DNA from: Candidatus Latescibacterota bacterium
GTDB taxonomy: Bacteria > Latescibacterota > UBA2968 > UBA8231
Reading direction: 5' to 3'
Length of the DNA stretch: 64,000 nucleotides
Assembly: GCA_965203175.1 (NCBI GenBank)
Contig: OZ241867.1
Span: 1,216,001-1,280,000 of the forward strand
Shown here: in pieces, positions 42,035 through 51,570 of the stretch
Layout of the letters: each line of letters opens with the position of its first letter
How positions within the stretch are numbered: the first letter of the stretch is position 1
Translations under genes and position numbers: made by a program
Notes under the pieces: model-generated
The model's input: the letters and a program-made list of their open reading frames with translations, nothing else
What the model was told of the DNA's origin: nothing
The model's database searches: none

Positions 42035-42105
42035 AGCGACACACTGCGTTTTAGTAGGCTACTGCCGGTTGACTTGTGAAATATAATACGACTTCAAAGC
42101 AGGTG

Positions 42106-42285
42106 TCAACCAACCTGTGACTCTTGGCCATCTGGCAGATCACCCTCTTTGATTCTCAGCTTCAGCTCGAGCTCTGCGAGTTGGCGGCCTAGTTCCCCGG
42201 TGCGCCGATTTAGGCGAGCCAAGTAGGCAAAAAGCACGATCCACACGGCCGCGAAAGCGGCAAACAAGTAGGGAAGATTTTCCAT
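42106..42285 (-). CDS. ccmD: CcmD-family heme exporter protein
   Basis: Manual translation MENLPYLFAAFAAVWIVLFAYLARLNRR... (59 aa), directly after ccmC. Confidence 0.8.
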   Translation of the reverse strand: MENLPYLFAAFAAVWIVLFAYLARLNRRTGELGRQLAELELKLRIKEGDLPDGQESQVG

Positions 42286-42291
42286 AGCCTC

Positions 42292-42951
42292 TTACGTTTC
42301 GTCAGTTAGTTTTTGCCGCAGGAGCACCATGGCTTTTTCGATGCGAGCTAGCTCCATGCGTTGCGCTAGGAGGAGAAACAGCAGTAGGAAGAACGCCGCG
42401 CAGCAGATCCACTTGGCGTATTGCATCGTCGGCTCGAGTTCTACATTGCGCGGCGGGTGTAGCTGTTGATCGGCGGCCCATAGATCGACAGCGTAGTACA
42501 CCAAAGGAACGTTGACAAAGGCGAGAATGCCCAGTACAGCACTGATGCGTTGTACTGGGCCGTATCCTCGCACCATTAGGTAGGCCACATAGATGGTGAA
42601 AGTAATTAGCATTGAGGTCAAGCGCGGCTCCCATCGCCAGTAAACCCCCCAGATGGGTTTGGCCCACAAGGGCCCCGTGATCAGCACGATCAACGCAAAG
42701 ATCACGCCCAATTCAGCGGAGCATAGCGCTAGGCGATCCCACTTGTCCTCGCGAGTGCGCAGATACTGTATGCTGCCAACGAATACCAGAAAAAAGGCCA
42801 GAAACGAAGAAAACGCCGCCGGCACGTGAAAATAGAAGATTCGCTGGACGATTCCCATTTCTTTTTCAGTAGGGACCCACAGAAAAATCGCGCCCAAGGC
42901 GACGAGCATGACCACGAAAACCAAACAGGAGAATGGGACCGAGCGCATCAT
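42292..42951 (-). CDS. ccmC: Heme exporter CcmC
   Basis: RIFYFHVP; Trp-rich motif GPLWAKPIWGVYWRWEPRLT. Confidence 0.93.
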   Translation of the reverse strand: MMRSVPFSCLVFVVMLVALGAIFLWVPTEKEMGIVQRIFYFHVPAAFSSFLAFFLVFVGSIQYLRTREDKWDRLALCSAELGVIFALIVLITGPLWAKPIWGVYWRWEPRLTSMLITFTIYVAYLMVRGYGPVQRISAVLGILAFVNVPLVYYAVDLWAADQQLHPPRNVELEPTMQYAKWICCAAFFLLLFLLLAQRMELARIEKAMVLLRQKLTDET

Positions 42952-43625
42952 TCCTCGATTGCGTATTCAAAGAGCATTAGCGAGAGCACGGTGAAAACTA
43001 CCGCGTACACTCCCAACATTTGCAGGTGCGGAAAGAGCTTTTCGCAACAGTCATTGGCCAGCACCAGTCCCGTCGCCTCCACGCAGGAAATCAACGCCGG
43101 CAAGATCATAGGCAAGAGCAAAAGGGGCATCATTAGTTCGCGCAAACGCATGTTGTTCGACAATGCCGCAAAGAGCGTGCCCACCGACGCCAAACAAGCC
43201 GACCCTAGGATGAAGATGGCCAGCAAAGGAACCAAGGATAATCTCAGGGACAGGTTAAAGAAGAGGGCGAAAAAGGGCAAACTCAGAAGTTCAACCGCTA
43301 AGAGAAAAACAAGATTGCCCAGCATTTTACCTAGGTAGATGGAACTGCGGTCCCCCGGTGCTAGCAGTAGCGCGTCGAGCGCGTCGTTGTCGCGTTCATC
43401 GGCAAAAGAGCGGCTCAGACTCAACAAGCTGGCTAAAACGTAGGACGACCAGAGTGTGCCAGGCCCAATCTCGCGCAGAGCGGCCCCGCCTAGATCGAAG
43501 GAAAAGTTGAATACCAGCAACATCAACAGTATAAAGAATACCATCGGGCTGAGACGCGCCTTAGTGCGCCACTCGGCCTTCAGATCCTTGCGCAGTATCG
43601 CCAGCGCACGCCCTAAAAAGCTCAT
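42948..43625 (-). CDS. ccmB: Heme exporter CcmB
   Basis: KDLKAEWR, RSFADE, LLLLPMILP. Confidence 0.9.
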   Translation of the reverse strand: MSFLGRALAILRKDLKAEWRTKARLSPMVFFILLMLLVFNFSFDLGGAALREIGPGTLWSSYVLASLLSLSRSFADERDNDALDALLLAPGDRSSIYLGKMLGNLVFLLAVELLSLPFFALFFNLSLRLSLVPLLAIFILGSACLASVGTLFAALSNNMRLRELMMPLLLLPMILPALISCVEATGLVLANDCCEKLFPHLQMLGVYAVVFTVLSLMLFEYAIEE

Positions 43626-44365
43626 GAGCCAGCGTCGAGATAGGGCGCACAAATCCTGCGCAGTTGGTTAGAATCTTTCGTCAGGACCTGGTCCAAGCGC
43701 CATTGGCCGCGTTCGACCACCAACAGGCGATCTACTAGGCCATCGGCCTCGTCGAGGCGATGCGTCACCAAGATGCAGGTGCACCCCTCTTGCCGAAGGC
43801 GGAGTACGAGGCGGTGCAATGCAGCGCTGGCACTGGAATCGAGGCCGGTAAACGGCTCGTCAAGCAAGAGAATAGAGGGGCCATGCAGGATGGCACGGGC
43901 AATTGCTAGACGCTGCTTCATACCGCGAGAGAACGACCCCACGCGCTGGTCGAGTCGCTCGTGCGTCGCCAATACTGGCGACGGAAAGCACAGACCAACA
44001 GCCGCTAAGACCTCCTCGAGCCGTTCGTCTGGATTGGCCAATCCATAGAGTTGGGCGAAGAAGCGCAAGTTCTCTCGCGCCGTCAGTTCGTCGTAGAGTA
44101 AGGTCTGGTGCGAAAGCAGTCCGATTTCTGTCCGTGCCTCGGGGATGCGTTGGGGATCGCGACCGTTGACCTTCACTTTCCCCTCCGAAGGTCGGCAGAG
44201 GCCGGCCACCAGCCGCAGCAGGGTACTCTTGCCCGCGCCATTGGCACCAACAAGTAGTACCGCTTGGCCGCGCGGGATGACCAGATCAGTGGGATGCAAG
44301 GCTGTGTGGGTGCCAAAGCGCTTGGCCGCACCTTCCAAGACGATTGCGTCGTCTCCACCCATCAC
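43622..44365 (-). CDS. ccmA: Heme ABC exporter ATPase CcmA (contains a ~9-aa palindromic insertion)
   Basis: GANGAGKSTLL, FSRGMKQR, LLDEPFTGLD. Confidence 0.92.
   Translation of the reverse strand: MMGGDDAIVLEGAAKRFGTHTALHPTDLVIPRGQAVLLVGANGAGKSTLLRLVAGLCRPSEGKVKVNGRDPQRIPEARTEIGLLSHQTLLYDELTARENLRFFAQLYGLANPDERLEEVLAAVGLCFPSPVLATHERLDQRVGSFSRGMKQRLAIARAILHGPSILLLDEPFTGLDSSASAALHRLVLRLRQEGCTCILVTHRLDEADGLVDRLLVVERGQWRLDQVLTKDSNQLRRICAPYLDAGS
43962..43989 (-). repeat. 28-bp palindromic element, copy 2, in frame inside ccmA
   Basis: GCTTTCCGTCGCCAGTATTGGCGACGCA; encodes CFPSPVLAT. Confidence 0.8.
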
Positions 44366-45435
44366 ACTTCAAGCGCTTGAGTCAGGGCAACAGCTTCGCG
44401 CATCAGATGCGCCCGCTGGTCCATGTAATGCGGATCTTCGGGCCGACCGGCAAAAGAATCGTCGAGCCGAGCGATTTCCTCAATGAGATGCTGTCGCCGT
44501 TCCTGTGCGTGGGCGCGATCAGTGCCTAGGTGTTGACGGCTCAATGCTAGCGCGACACCTCCGGCGACGAATGCGCCCGCCAGCGCAGCCCATTTGAGCG
44601 ACCAACGCAGCGAGGGGGCAAGGGGTAAGGGAATCGCCACCCGCTGGTTTGGCTGTAAGTTTTCTAGGACCATTTTTTGGTACCGACGTCCGTGCTGTTC
44701 GATAATACCTAAGTCGATAAAGGGTGGTTCGATGTCTATGGAAGGAGGATCGAGAAAAACCTCCAAGCGGCCGGTAGGATAGACCACCTGATGCACATAG
44801 GGACTGGCGAATTCGCGTGCGTCGAGGTTAAAAGAAAAACTCCGCTGCGAGCGGCCTGGAGGCAGAGGTTGGTTGTCGAAGAAACGGTCTTCTCCAGCTT
44901 GGTGGAGCAGACCCGAGTGGCTTTGGAGGTTGAACAGGCCCATTGGCAAAGCCAGTTCGGTCACCCGACGCTCACGCCCGTCGCCGCGGCCTGAGTACGT
45001 GCGCTCTAGGGTGTTGTGAATTTGCAGGAGTTGGATACACTCAATCGCGTTCTCGCGCAGCGAAAAAAAGAGATGATGAGTACCGATTCGGATTCCGGAG
45101 GGGTCATTGGTTTTTTCGTAAACCTCGAGGATGATCTGTTGCTGTGCGCCGGCCTCAAGGGTCGAAGAGAAGTAGGGGATGTCGTCGTAGTAGGCAGCCA
45201 GCCCGAAGTGGAGTCCGCTCTGTAGGAAGGGGCCGGCAAAAGAGAAGCGCCCCTCGGCGTCGGTTTCCTTGCGCAGCATCTCGAGTATCTGTCCGTCTTG
45301 GTGAACGTAGAAAGCCACGGGAATGCCCGAGATCCGCGCTTGAGTGAAAGGGTTTAGTACATAACCGTTGATCGCCGTGCCCCACAGATCGGAAGCGCAA
45401 AGGACGATTGCGGCGCAAAGCAAGCGCAGGATCAT
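44362..45435 (-). CDS. Ccm-cluster-associated exported, membrane-anchored protein (carboxypeptidase-regulatory-like N-domain)
   Basis: Signal peptide, TDAEGRFSF, C-terminal TM helix plus LIEEIARLDD. Confidence 0.6.
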   Translation of the reverse strand: MILRLLCAAIVLCASDLWGTAINGYVLNPFTQARISGIPVAFYVHQDGQILEMLRKETDAEGRFSFAGPFLQSGLHFGLAAYYDDIPYFSSTLEAGAQQQIILEVYEKTNDPSGIRIGTHHLFFSLRENAIECIQLLQIHNTLERTYSGRGDGRERRVTELALPMGLFNLQSHSGLLHQAGEDRFFDNQPLPPGRSQRSFSFNLDAREFASPYVHQVVYPTGRLEVFLDPPSIDIEPPFIDLGIIEQHGRRYQKMVLENLQPNQRVAIPLPLAPSLRWSLKWAALAGAFVAGGVALALSRQHLGTDRAHAQERRQHLIEEIARLDDSFAGRPEDPHYMDQRAHLMREAVALTQALEV

Positions 45436-45438
45436 GGT

Positions 45439-45876
45439 TCAGCTAGATTCCACTAGGGAGGCTCCGCATTGCGGACAGAACAAATCGCCCTCGCGGCGCA
45501 GAGTCCCACAGCTATGGCAACGAGAAGCGGCGGTCTTTTGGCGCAGAGCCGCGACCTCTTTCTCTATGCGTCGTTCGAGTTTAGAGCTGCTCGCGCCGTT
45601 GAGCCGATCCAACTCGCCTATAACTGCCAGCGTCTCGGCCTCCAGTTCGGCGCAGAGCCGCTGAAAATCCTCTGCGGACACTTTACCGAGCTCGCGGTCA
45701 AGTTCCAACTCGACGATCTCGCCCAAGAGCTGCTCCTTGCGCTCAAAAAGTTGCCGCGTCGGCCCACTCGCCGCGCTCGTTCGCCCGCTCGTTAGGAGGG
45801 GATGTCCCAGATAGAGCAATAGCCCCAACAGCAGAGCGACTGAACACAATATGGGTAAGAGTCCTATCTCGTTCAT
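45439..45876 (-). CDS. CcmI-like N-terminal region plus zinc-ribbon protein
   Basis: N-terminal TM, ELELDRELGKVSAEDF, CHSCG...FCPQCG. Confidence 0.7.
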   Translation of the reverse strand: MNEIGLLPILCSVALLLGLLLYLGHPLLTSGRTSAASGPTRQLFERKEQLLGEIVELELDRELGKVSAEDFQRLCAELEAETLAVIGELDRLNGASSSKLERRIEKEVAALRQKTAASRCHSCGTLRREGDLFCPQCGASLVESS

Positions 45877-45929
45877 TATAAATATATATTAGGCTCTCAC
45901 AGGCCTAGGCCCGCGTCGGTTCGGTCGAA

Positions 45930-48386
45930 CTAGTCATCGTCGTAGTGATCCAATTCGCGTCTCAGGCGATCCGCGTCTTGGCTGCGGTCGGTTGGAGAGG
46001 GCTTGGACTGTAGAGTTGCTTGGCCTTGGCCCTTCCAGCGAACTAGCAGTGTGCGCACTAAGGCGACGCCAAATAAAAGAGCCAAAAAGGGAGCGACCCA
46101 AGCTAGCAAGTTAAAGCCCTCATGCGGCGGGGTGGCTAAGACCATCAGGCCAAAACGCGCTACATAGCCATCGACGATCTGCTGCCGAGTCTGACCCTGG
46201 TCTAGGGCCAAGCCAATCGCCCCGCGTTCGGGAACCGCGAAGTCAGTACAAAGACAGGTGGCTAGGGATTCCCGAGGGCAATTGCCGCAGAGACAGACCA
46301 ATTCCGCAGCCACGGCCTTGATTTCCGCCGTTGTTGCCGCCCCCACCGGCGAGAAGCCCAACACCAACGCAGCGAGCACAGACACGTACGTACGAGACTT
46401 TTGTGCGATGGCTGCTCCAAGTGCGGTCTCGCGATCCATCCGTGCCAGCCGCCGGTCTCGCGGCGTAGGCCACATCGCCCACAGGGCACCGATCACTAGG
46501 ACGACTGCACCGAGCCACACGAAGTTGATTAGCGGGTTGATATAGACTTGGAATTTGGCGCTCTGGTCTTCGGCAGCCCCCACCAGAATTACATAGAAGT
46601 CCTCGCGCCATGTCGAGTAAATGGAGACTTCAGTAGTACCTTGGTCAAAAGTAGGGTAGTAGCGTCGCTCCGGCAGCAGCGTGCCGAGGAATTGATCGTC
46701 TCGGTGCAGGGCCAAGGCCGCGGCGGTAGTGCTGTGATTGGCGTTTGCGGCGAAGGCCAGCGACGCGAAGGTAATCTGGTATTCGCCGACCTGACGCGAA
46801 GCCCCTTGGTCAAGGACGACTTCGGCTTCTTGGGTAAAGGCTTTGCCAGTGAAGCCAGCAAAGAGCAACACCAGCCCAAGGTGGGTTAAATACCCGCCGT
46901 AGCGTCGCCGGTTCTTGGCGCAGAGGCGATACAATGCCACTGGATAGGACTCGCCCGTACTGTGCATTCTCGCCCGCGCTCCGGCGTGGAATTCGGAAGT
47001 GAGCGCGACGAGCACGAAGACGCACAGCCCGAACGACATTACGACATAGGGATCGCGCACGCCGAGGAGAAAAAAGACCCCGCAAGAAAGTACGCTCGCC
47101 GTCACCGGGCGGATGAAGTTCTTGCGTAGACTCTCGCGGGAGGTGCGGCGCCAGGCGAAGAGCGGACCAGCACCCGTCAACAACAAGAGTACTAAGCCGA
47201 TGGGAATAGTAACTTGGTTAAAAAAGGGAGGGCCGACCGTGATTTGCTCGTTGGTCAAGGCTTCGGAGACCAGTGGGAAGACCGTGCCCCAGAACACGGC
47301 GAAGAGCATCCCCAAGAGAACCCAGTTGTTGAGCAAGAAAGCTGTCTCGCGCGAGGCAAAAGACTCCAAGCGATTCTCGGCCTTGAGCAAAGGGTGCCGC
47401 AGCCACAAAAGCCCAAAAGAAAAAATCAGCGTCAGGACTAGAAACGTGCCAAAAAAAGGGCCGATATTGGATTGGGCAAAGGCGTGTACCGAGGAGATGA
47501 TGCCACTGCGGGTCATAAAGGTGCCGAAGAGGCACAGCGCGTACGTGAGAATCGCCAGGGCCACATTCCACACCTTGAGCATGCCCTTGCGCTCTTGAAT
47601 CATAATCGAGTGCAGAAAAGCGGTGGCGATCAGCCAAGGCATCAGCGAAGAGTTCTCCACCGGATCCCAAGCCCAATATCCACCCCACCCCAGTTCGACA
47701 TAGGCCCACTTGCCGCCTAGCAGGAGGCCGAAGCCGAGAAAGGTCCAAGGGATGAGCATCCAGCGGCGCGCAGCTCGGAGCCAAGTAGCGTCCAACTTGC
47801 CGGTCAAGAGCGCGGCGATGGCAAAGGCAAAGGGTACGACCATGCCCACCATCCCCAGGTAGAGCATCGGTGGATGAATGGCCATGACGGGGTGTTGTAG
47901 AATCGGGTTGAGTCCGCGACCGTCCTCTGGCGTGAAGGGTAGGCGCTGGAACGGGTCGGCGGCAAAAAGGTGCACGATGCAAAAGAAGAAGCTGGTAGCG
48001 GATAGGGTCGCTACCGCATAGGGCATCAATGCGCGATAGCGCTGGCGGTAGAGTGCCGCCAAGCCCGCCGAGTAGATGGACAGGATCCAGCCCCAAAACA
48101 ACAGCGACCCGTTCTGCCCACCCCATAAAGATGTTATTAAATAGAACAAAGGCATGGCGCGGTTGCTGTTTTCGGCCACGTACTCGACTTGGAAGTCGTG
48201 GGAGAGGATAGCGTGCCACAGCGCGAGAACTGCCAGCGTCAGCAGGGCACAGGTCGCCAAGACCCCGTTTTCGCCCGAGCGCACCAGCCCCAAGTGGCCA
48301 CGCCTCGCCCCAAGAGCCGACGCCAGAGCTCCATAGCCGGACGCTAGGAGCGCGAGGCACAAGGCAAAATAGCCGATATCAACCAT
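45930..48386 (-). CDS. ccmF: Cytochrome c heme lyase CcmF fused to a C-terminal CcmH-like domain
   Basis: HPPMLYLG, ELGWGGYWAWDPVEN, SVHAF, HLG; C-terminal ELVCLCGNC...YVARFG..VLATPP. Confidence 0.93.
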   Translation of the reverse strand: MVDIGYFALCLALLASGYGALASALGARRGHLGLVRSGENGVLATCALLTLAVLALWHAILSHDFQVEYVAENSNRAMPLFYLITSLWGGQNGSLLFWGWILSIYSAGLAALYRQRYRALMPYAVATLSATSFFFCIVHLFAADPFQRLPFTPEDGRGLNPILQHPVMAIHPPMLYLGMVGMVVPFAFAIAALLTGKLDATWLRAARRWMLIPWTFLGFGLLLGGKWAYVELGWGGYWAWDPVENSSLMPWLIATAFLHSIMIQERKGMLKVWNVALAILTYALCLFGTFMTRSGIISSVHAFAQSNIGPFFGTFLVLTLIFSFGLLWLRHPLLKAENRLESFASRETAFLLNNWVLLGMLFAVFWGTVFPLVSEALTNEQITVGPPFFNQVTIPIGLVLLLLTGAGPLFAWRRTSRESLRKNFIRPVTASVLSCGVFFLLGVRDPYVVMSFGLCVFVLVALTSEFHAGARARMHSTGESYPVALYRLCAKNRRRYGGYLTHLGLVLLFAGFTGKAFTQEAEVVLDQGASRQVGEYQITFASLAFAANANHSTTAAALALHRDDQFLGTLLPERRYYPTFDQGTTEVSIYSTWREDFYVILVGAAEDQSAKFQVYINPLINFVWLGAVVLVIGALWAMWPTPRDRRLARMDRETALGAAIAQKSRTYVSVLAALVLGFSPVGAATTAEIKAVAAELVCLCGNCPRESLATCLCTDFAVPERGAIGLALDQGQTRQQIVDGYVARFGLMVLATPPHEGFNLLAWVAPFLALLFGVALVRTLLVRWKGQGQATLQSKPSPTDRSQDADRLRRELDHYDDD

Positions 48387-48418
48387 AAAGAATCGGGAAA
48401 AGCCAAAAGGCGTGCGGG

Positions 48419-48853
48419 CTAGCCTTTCGGGCTATTCATCGCCTGCACGTGGCCTTCATAGCTTTGTCCCTCGTATTTGGAGGGGCATTTGGCAAAGACG
48501 ATCTCAGCGGCAAAGATCTGATCGGCTGGATGGTATTCGCCTTCGAGAACTACCAGTGCCTCGTCTTTGAAGGTATCGGGCAGCACTGCGTGTCCGACGT
48601 AGCGCACCCGCAGAGTGTGTTGTCCGTCGGTGATCACAAATTCGGGGCGCGAGCGATATCGGTCCCACTCAATCGAACCGGACACTACCGTGCCGCCACC
48701 TAACTGGATGCGCTGGCCCTTGTCTATAGCTCCGTCCATCAGGGTTTGCAGCGTCATATGAGTCGCTGTTGACTGTTGGACGCCGGCAATGAAAAGGTAG
48801 ATCAGGCCCGCAGCGATGGCTAGGGAGCCAAGGGTAAATTTGTGCCGTCTCAT
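48419..48853 (-). CDS. ccmE: Heme chaperone CcmE, CxxxY variant
   Basis: LPDTFK, AKCPSKY; start at ATG 48853. Confidence 0.9.
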   Translation of the reverse strand: MRRHKFTLGSLAIAAGLIYLFIAGVQQSTATHMTLQTLMDGAIDKGQRIQLGGGTVVSGSIEWDRYRSRPEFVITDGQHTLRVRYVGHAVLPDTFKDEALVVLEGEYHPADQIFAAEIVFAKCPSKYEGQSYEGHVQAMNSPKG

Positions 48854-48920
48854 AAAAATAAATCTGCTCAATTTCTCTTTCTTGTGCAACGAGGACACCC
48901 GTTGGCGAGAAGGGCCGCGT

Positions 48921-50060
48921 TCACACTTCGAGCACCTTGGGCAGACTGGATAGGTTTTCGTAGCCGTCTTCGCAAACGACGACCGTATCTTCGATCCGCA
49001 CACCCCCCAAGCCTCGGTAGTAGAGCCCAGGCTCCATCGTCACGACGTGCCCTGATTCGAGCACGTCGCCGTGCGGGCCGATCCTCGGTCCCTCGTGGAT
49101 CTCCAGACCTAGCCCATGCCCCGTGCTGTGGATGTAGCCCTGCATATAGCCGTCTTTCTCTCCCGTCTCGTAGCCGGCGTCGTTGAAGAATCGTTGGATT
49201 GATTCGTGAATAAGGTGGCCTTCGGCACCCGGACGGATGTGGTCCAAGCCCAATTGTTGAGCCTCCAGCACGGTTTCGTATAGGTGCTGCATCGGCTTGG
49301 ATGCCTGTCCCTTGCAGACGGTCCGCGTCAGATCTCCGTAGTATCCACTCGCCTCGTCGCGCGGAAAAATGTCGATAATGATGGTCTCACTGGCGCGCAA
49401 AGGCCCAAAGCCCACTTGGTGTGGATCGCAGCCTTGGTCGCCGCCGGCGATGATGGTGTGTTCGCCAATACTGTCGCAGTCCATTAGCGTCTGATGCACC
49501 ATGCGCCGCAATCGCTCTGAAGTGAGTACCGCGCCGTTGAGGAAGAGCACGTCGCCGCGCACTTCGGCTGCGCGCAACCCCTCAATCGCGGTTTCCATGC
49601 CCGCTTCGGCGGCCCGCATCGCCCGGCGCATGCTCTCGATTTCTTCGGCGTCTTTGACTTTGCGCTGGGGAAAGAGTGGCTCGGCCGCAATGACGAGCTC
49701 GATGCCCTCCCCCCGCAGAAAATCAGCCGTACCAAGGGGAAAATCAGCAGGCACTTGCAGCTTCACCAAGCCGAGGGCGCGCAAAAGTTCCGACAAGACG
49801 GCGTTGCTATTGGGCCGCTTCTGGCTTCTTTCCTTGGCTTGCTTCTCGTACTGGGCATAAGGCAATACTCGGTTGACGCAGGCTTGGTTGCGCGCGCGGT
49901 CGATCTCGAGAATGTTGGCGAGCATGATTTTTTCGCTGGGAGTCCACAAAAAGACGAAGGGATCAGGAGCGCGGAAGCGGGTGGCGTAGAACAGATTGGC
50001 GCAGCGTTCACTGCTGCCGATCATCAGCAGGGCATCAGCACCTTGTAAGTCGGGCGTCAT
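48921..50060 (-). CDS. Xaa-Pro aminopeptidase (M24 family)
   Basis: IIDIFPR, GDLTRT, HSTGHGLGLEIHE, EPGLY, GVRIED. Confidence 0.92.
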   Translation of the reverse strand: MTPDLQGADALLMIGSSERCANLFYATRFRAPDPFVFLWTPSEKIMLANILEIDRARNQACVNRVLPYAQYEKQAKERSQKRPNSNAVLSELLRALGLVKLQVPADFPLGTADFLRGEGIELVIAAEPLFPQRKVKDAEEIESMRRAMRAAEAGMETAIEGLRAAEVRGDVLFLNGAVLTSERLRRMVHQTLMDCDSIGEHTIIAGGDQGCDPHQVGFGPLRASETIIIDIFPRDEASGYYGDLTRTVCKGQASKPMQHLYETVLEAQQLGLDHIRPGAEGHLIHESIQRFFNDAGYETGEKDGYMQGYIHSTGHGLGLEIHEGPRIGPHGDVLESGHVVTMEPGLYYRGLGGVRIEDTVVVCEDGYENLSSLPKVLEV

Positions 50061-50064
50061 GGTT

Positions 50065-51570
50065 TTACTCCGGAATCTTCAGCGTCCGGACATTGATTCC
50101 GGTCTCGGGCCGCCAAAACCAAAACAACGCAGACTGTCCCTCTTCCAGCCCGGAAACAAAGCGCACAAATTGCTCCAGTGAGGTAACGCGTTCTTGATCC
50201 ACCTCGGTAATCACATCGCGCACTTGAATCCCTTTGTCCGCGGCCAGCCCCTCCGGATCTACTTCAACTACCACTACCGGCTCCTCGCCTTGTTCAAATC
50301 CCAGTTCAGCCGCCAACTCGCCGACAAATCCCAACTCAGTGGCCAACTCGGCGGGCAAGGATTCAACTGAGAACCCTAGCTGTGCCATCCGCTGATGACC
50401 CTCGGAAAGGAGTCGGTCGTCTTCGCGCTCGCCGAGCACCACAGCGACTTGGCGGACTTGATTCTGGCGCATGATTTGCAGGTTGATCGTCTCGCCTGGG
50501 TCGCGGCCGTAGATCAGCGTCTGCAGGTCGTTGAAGTGATTCACCTCGATACCATCGAGCGACAGTACGACGTCTCCGACGAGTAGGCCACCGCGCTCGG
50601 CGGGGCTGTTGGGCTGCACTTGTCTGAGGTAAACGCCCCGTGGCCATTCCATGTTGAGGCCGTGCTTGCGGATTAGCTCTTGAGTCATCTCAGATTCCAT
50701 GGTCACGCCCAAATGGCCGCGTACGATCCGTCCATGGACTAGCAGATCATCTACCACTTCGCGCGCTAGATTGATCGGCACGGCCAGCCCGTAGCCGATG
50801 TAGTAACCAGTGCGCGTTGAAATGGCCGTGTTGATTCCAACTACTCTGCCCTGTAGGTCGAGTAAGGGGCCGCCGGAGTTGCCGGGATTAATCACGGCAT
50901 TAGTCTGGATGAAACTCTCGATGGCGTAGCGACTTTCTTCGTTTTGGTTGAAAATGCCTGCTTGGCGCCCTAGGGCGCTGACGATCCCGTGCGTCAACGT
51001 TGATCCCATGCCCAAGGGATGGCCAATGGCCAGCACCCAATCGCCGATTTGCAAAAGGTCTGAATCGGCCAACTGCACCGTAGGCAACCCTTGAGCTTCA
51101 ACCTTGAGCAGGGCGATGTCAATCAACGAATCGAAGCCGATAACCTTAGCCTGATAGGTGCGGCGGTCAGAGAGGGTGACTCGGATGGAGTCGGCTTCGG
51201 CAACGACGTGGTAATTGCTCAGAATGTAGCCGTCGTCGCTGACGATGGTACCCGAACCCATGCCGCGAAAATCTTCTGGGATTTCCCGGTGTTCGGGAAT
51301 TTCCGGGTGGAAAGGAGGCAATGCACGCTTTCGCCATGTTCGGGTCGTCGCCGCGATTAAAACCACAGCCGGACGCACTTGTTCATAGGCTTGGCGGAAA
51401 GCCCGGCTGAGGTCCGCTAGTGGCTGGGTGCTCTCCACTGGCACTTGCGCCCCGGCCGGGCGCGTGCCCACGAGCAACGCAGCAATAAAGGCGATGCCCA
51501 CCCTCGGGCGACAAATGCTGGACAAGGGAGAGGGGTTGTCGCGCCTGACGGCGCGGAGAAGGCGCTTCAT
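50065..51570 (-). CDS. HtrA/DegP serine protease with two PDZ domains
   Basis: SNYHVV, DIALLK, INPGNSGGPL. Confidence 0.92.
   Translation of the reverse strand: MKRLLRAVRRDNPSPLSSICRPRVGIAFIAALLVGTRPAGAQVPVESTQPLADLSRAFRQAYEQVRPAVVLIAATTRTWRKRALPPFHPEIPEHREIPEDFRGMGSGTIVSDDGYILSNYHVVAEADSIRVTLSDRRTYQAKVIGFDSLIDIALLKVEAQGLPTVQLADSDLLQIGDWVLAIGHPLGMGSTLTHGIVSALGRQAGIFNQNEESRYAIESFIQTNAVINPGNSGGPLLDLQGRVVGINTAISTRTGYYIGYGLAVPINLAREVVDDLLVHGRIVRGHLGVTMESEMTQELIRKHGLNMEWPRGVYLRQVQPNSPAERGGLLVGDVVLSLDGIEVNHFNDLQTLIYGRDPGETINLQIMRQNQVRQVAVVLGEREDDRLLSEGHQRMAQLGFSVESLPAELATELGFVGELAAELGFEQGEEPVVVVEVDPEGLAADKGIQVRDVITEVDQERVTSLEQFVRFVSGLEEGQSALFWFWRPETGINVRTLKIPE

Noticed and set aside
47218-48360. 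380-aa alternative-frame ORF inside ccmF and other long shadow ORFs (e.g. 5299-5925, 10331-11032, 26596-27357)
   Set aside because: They fully overlap well-supported genes and are expected by-products of GC-rich codon usage.
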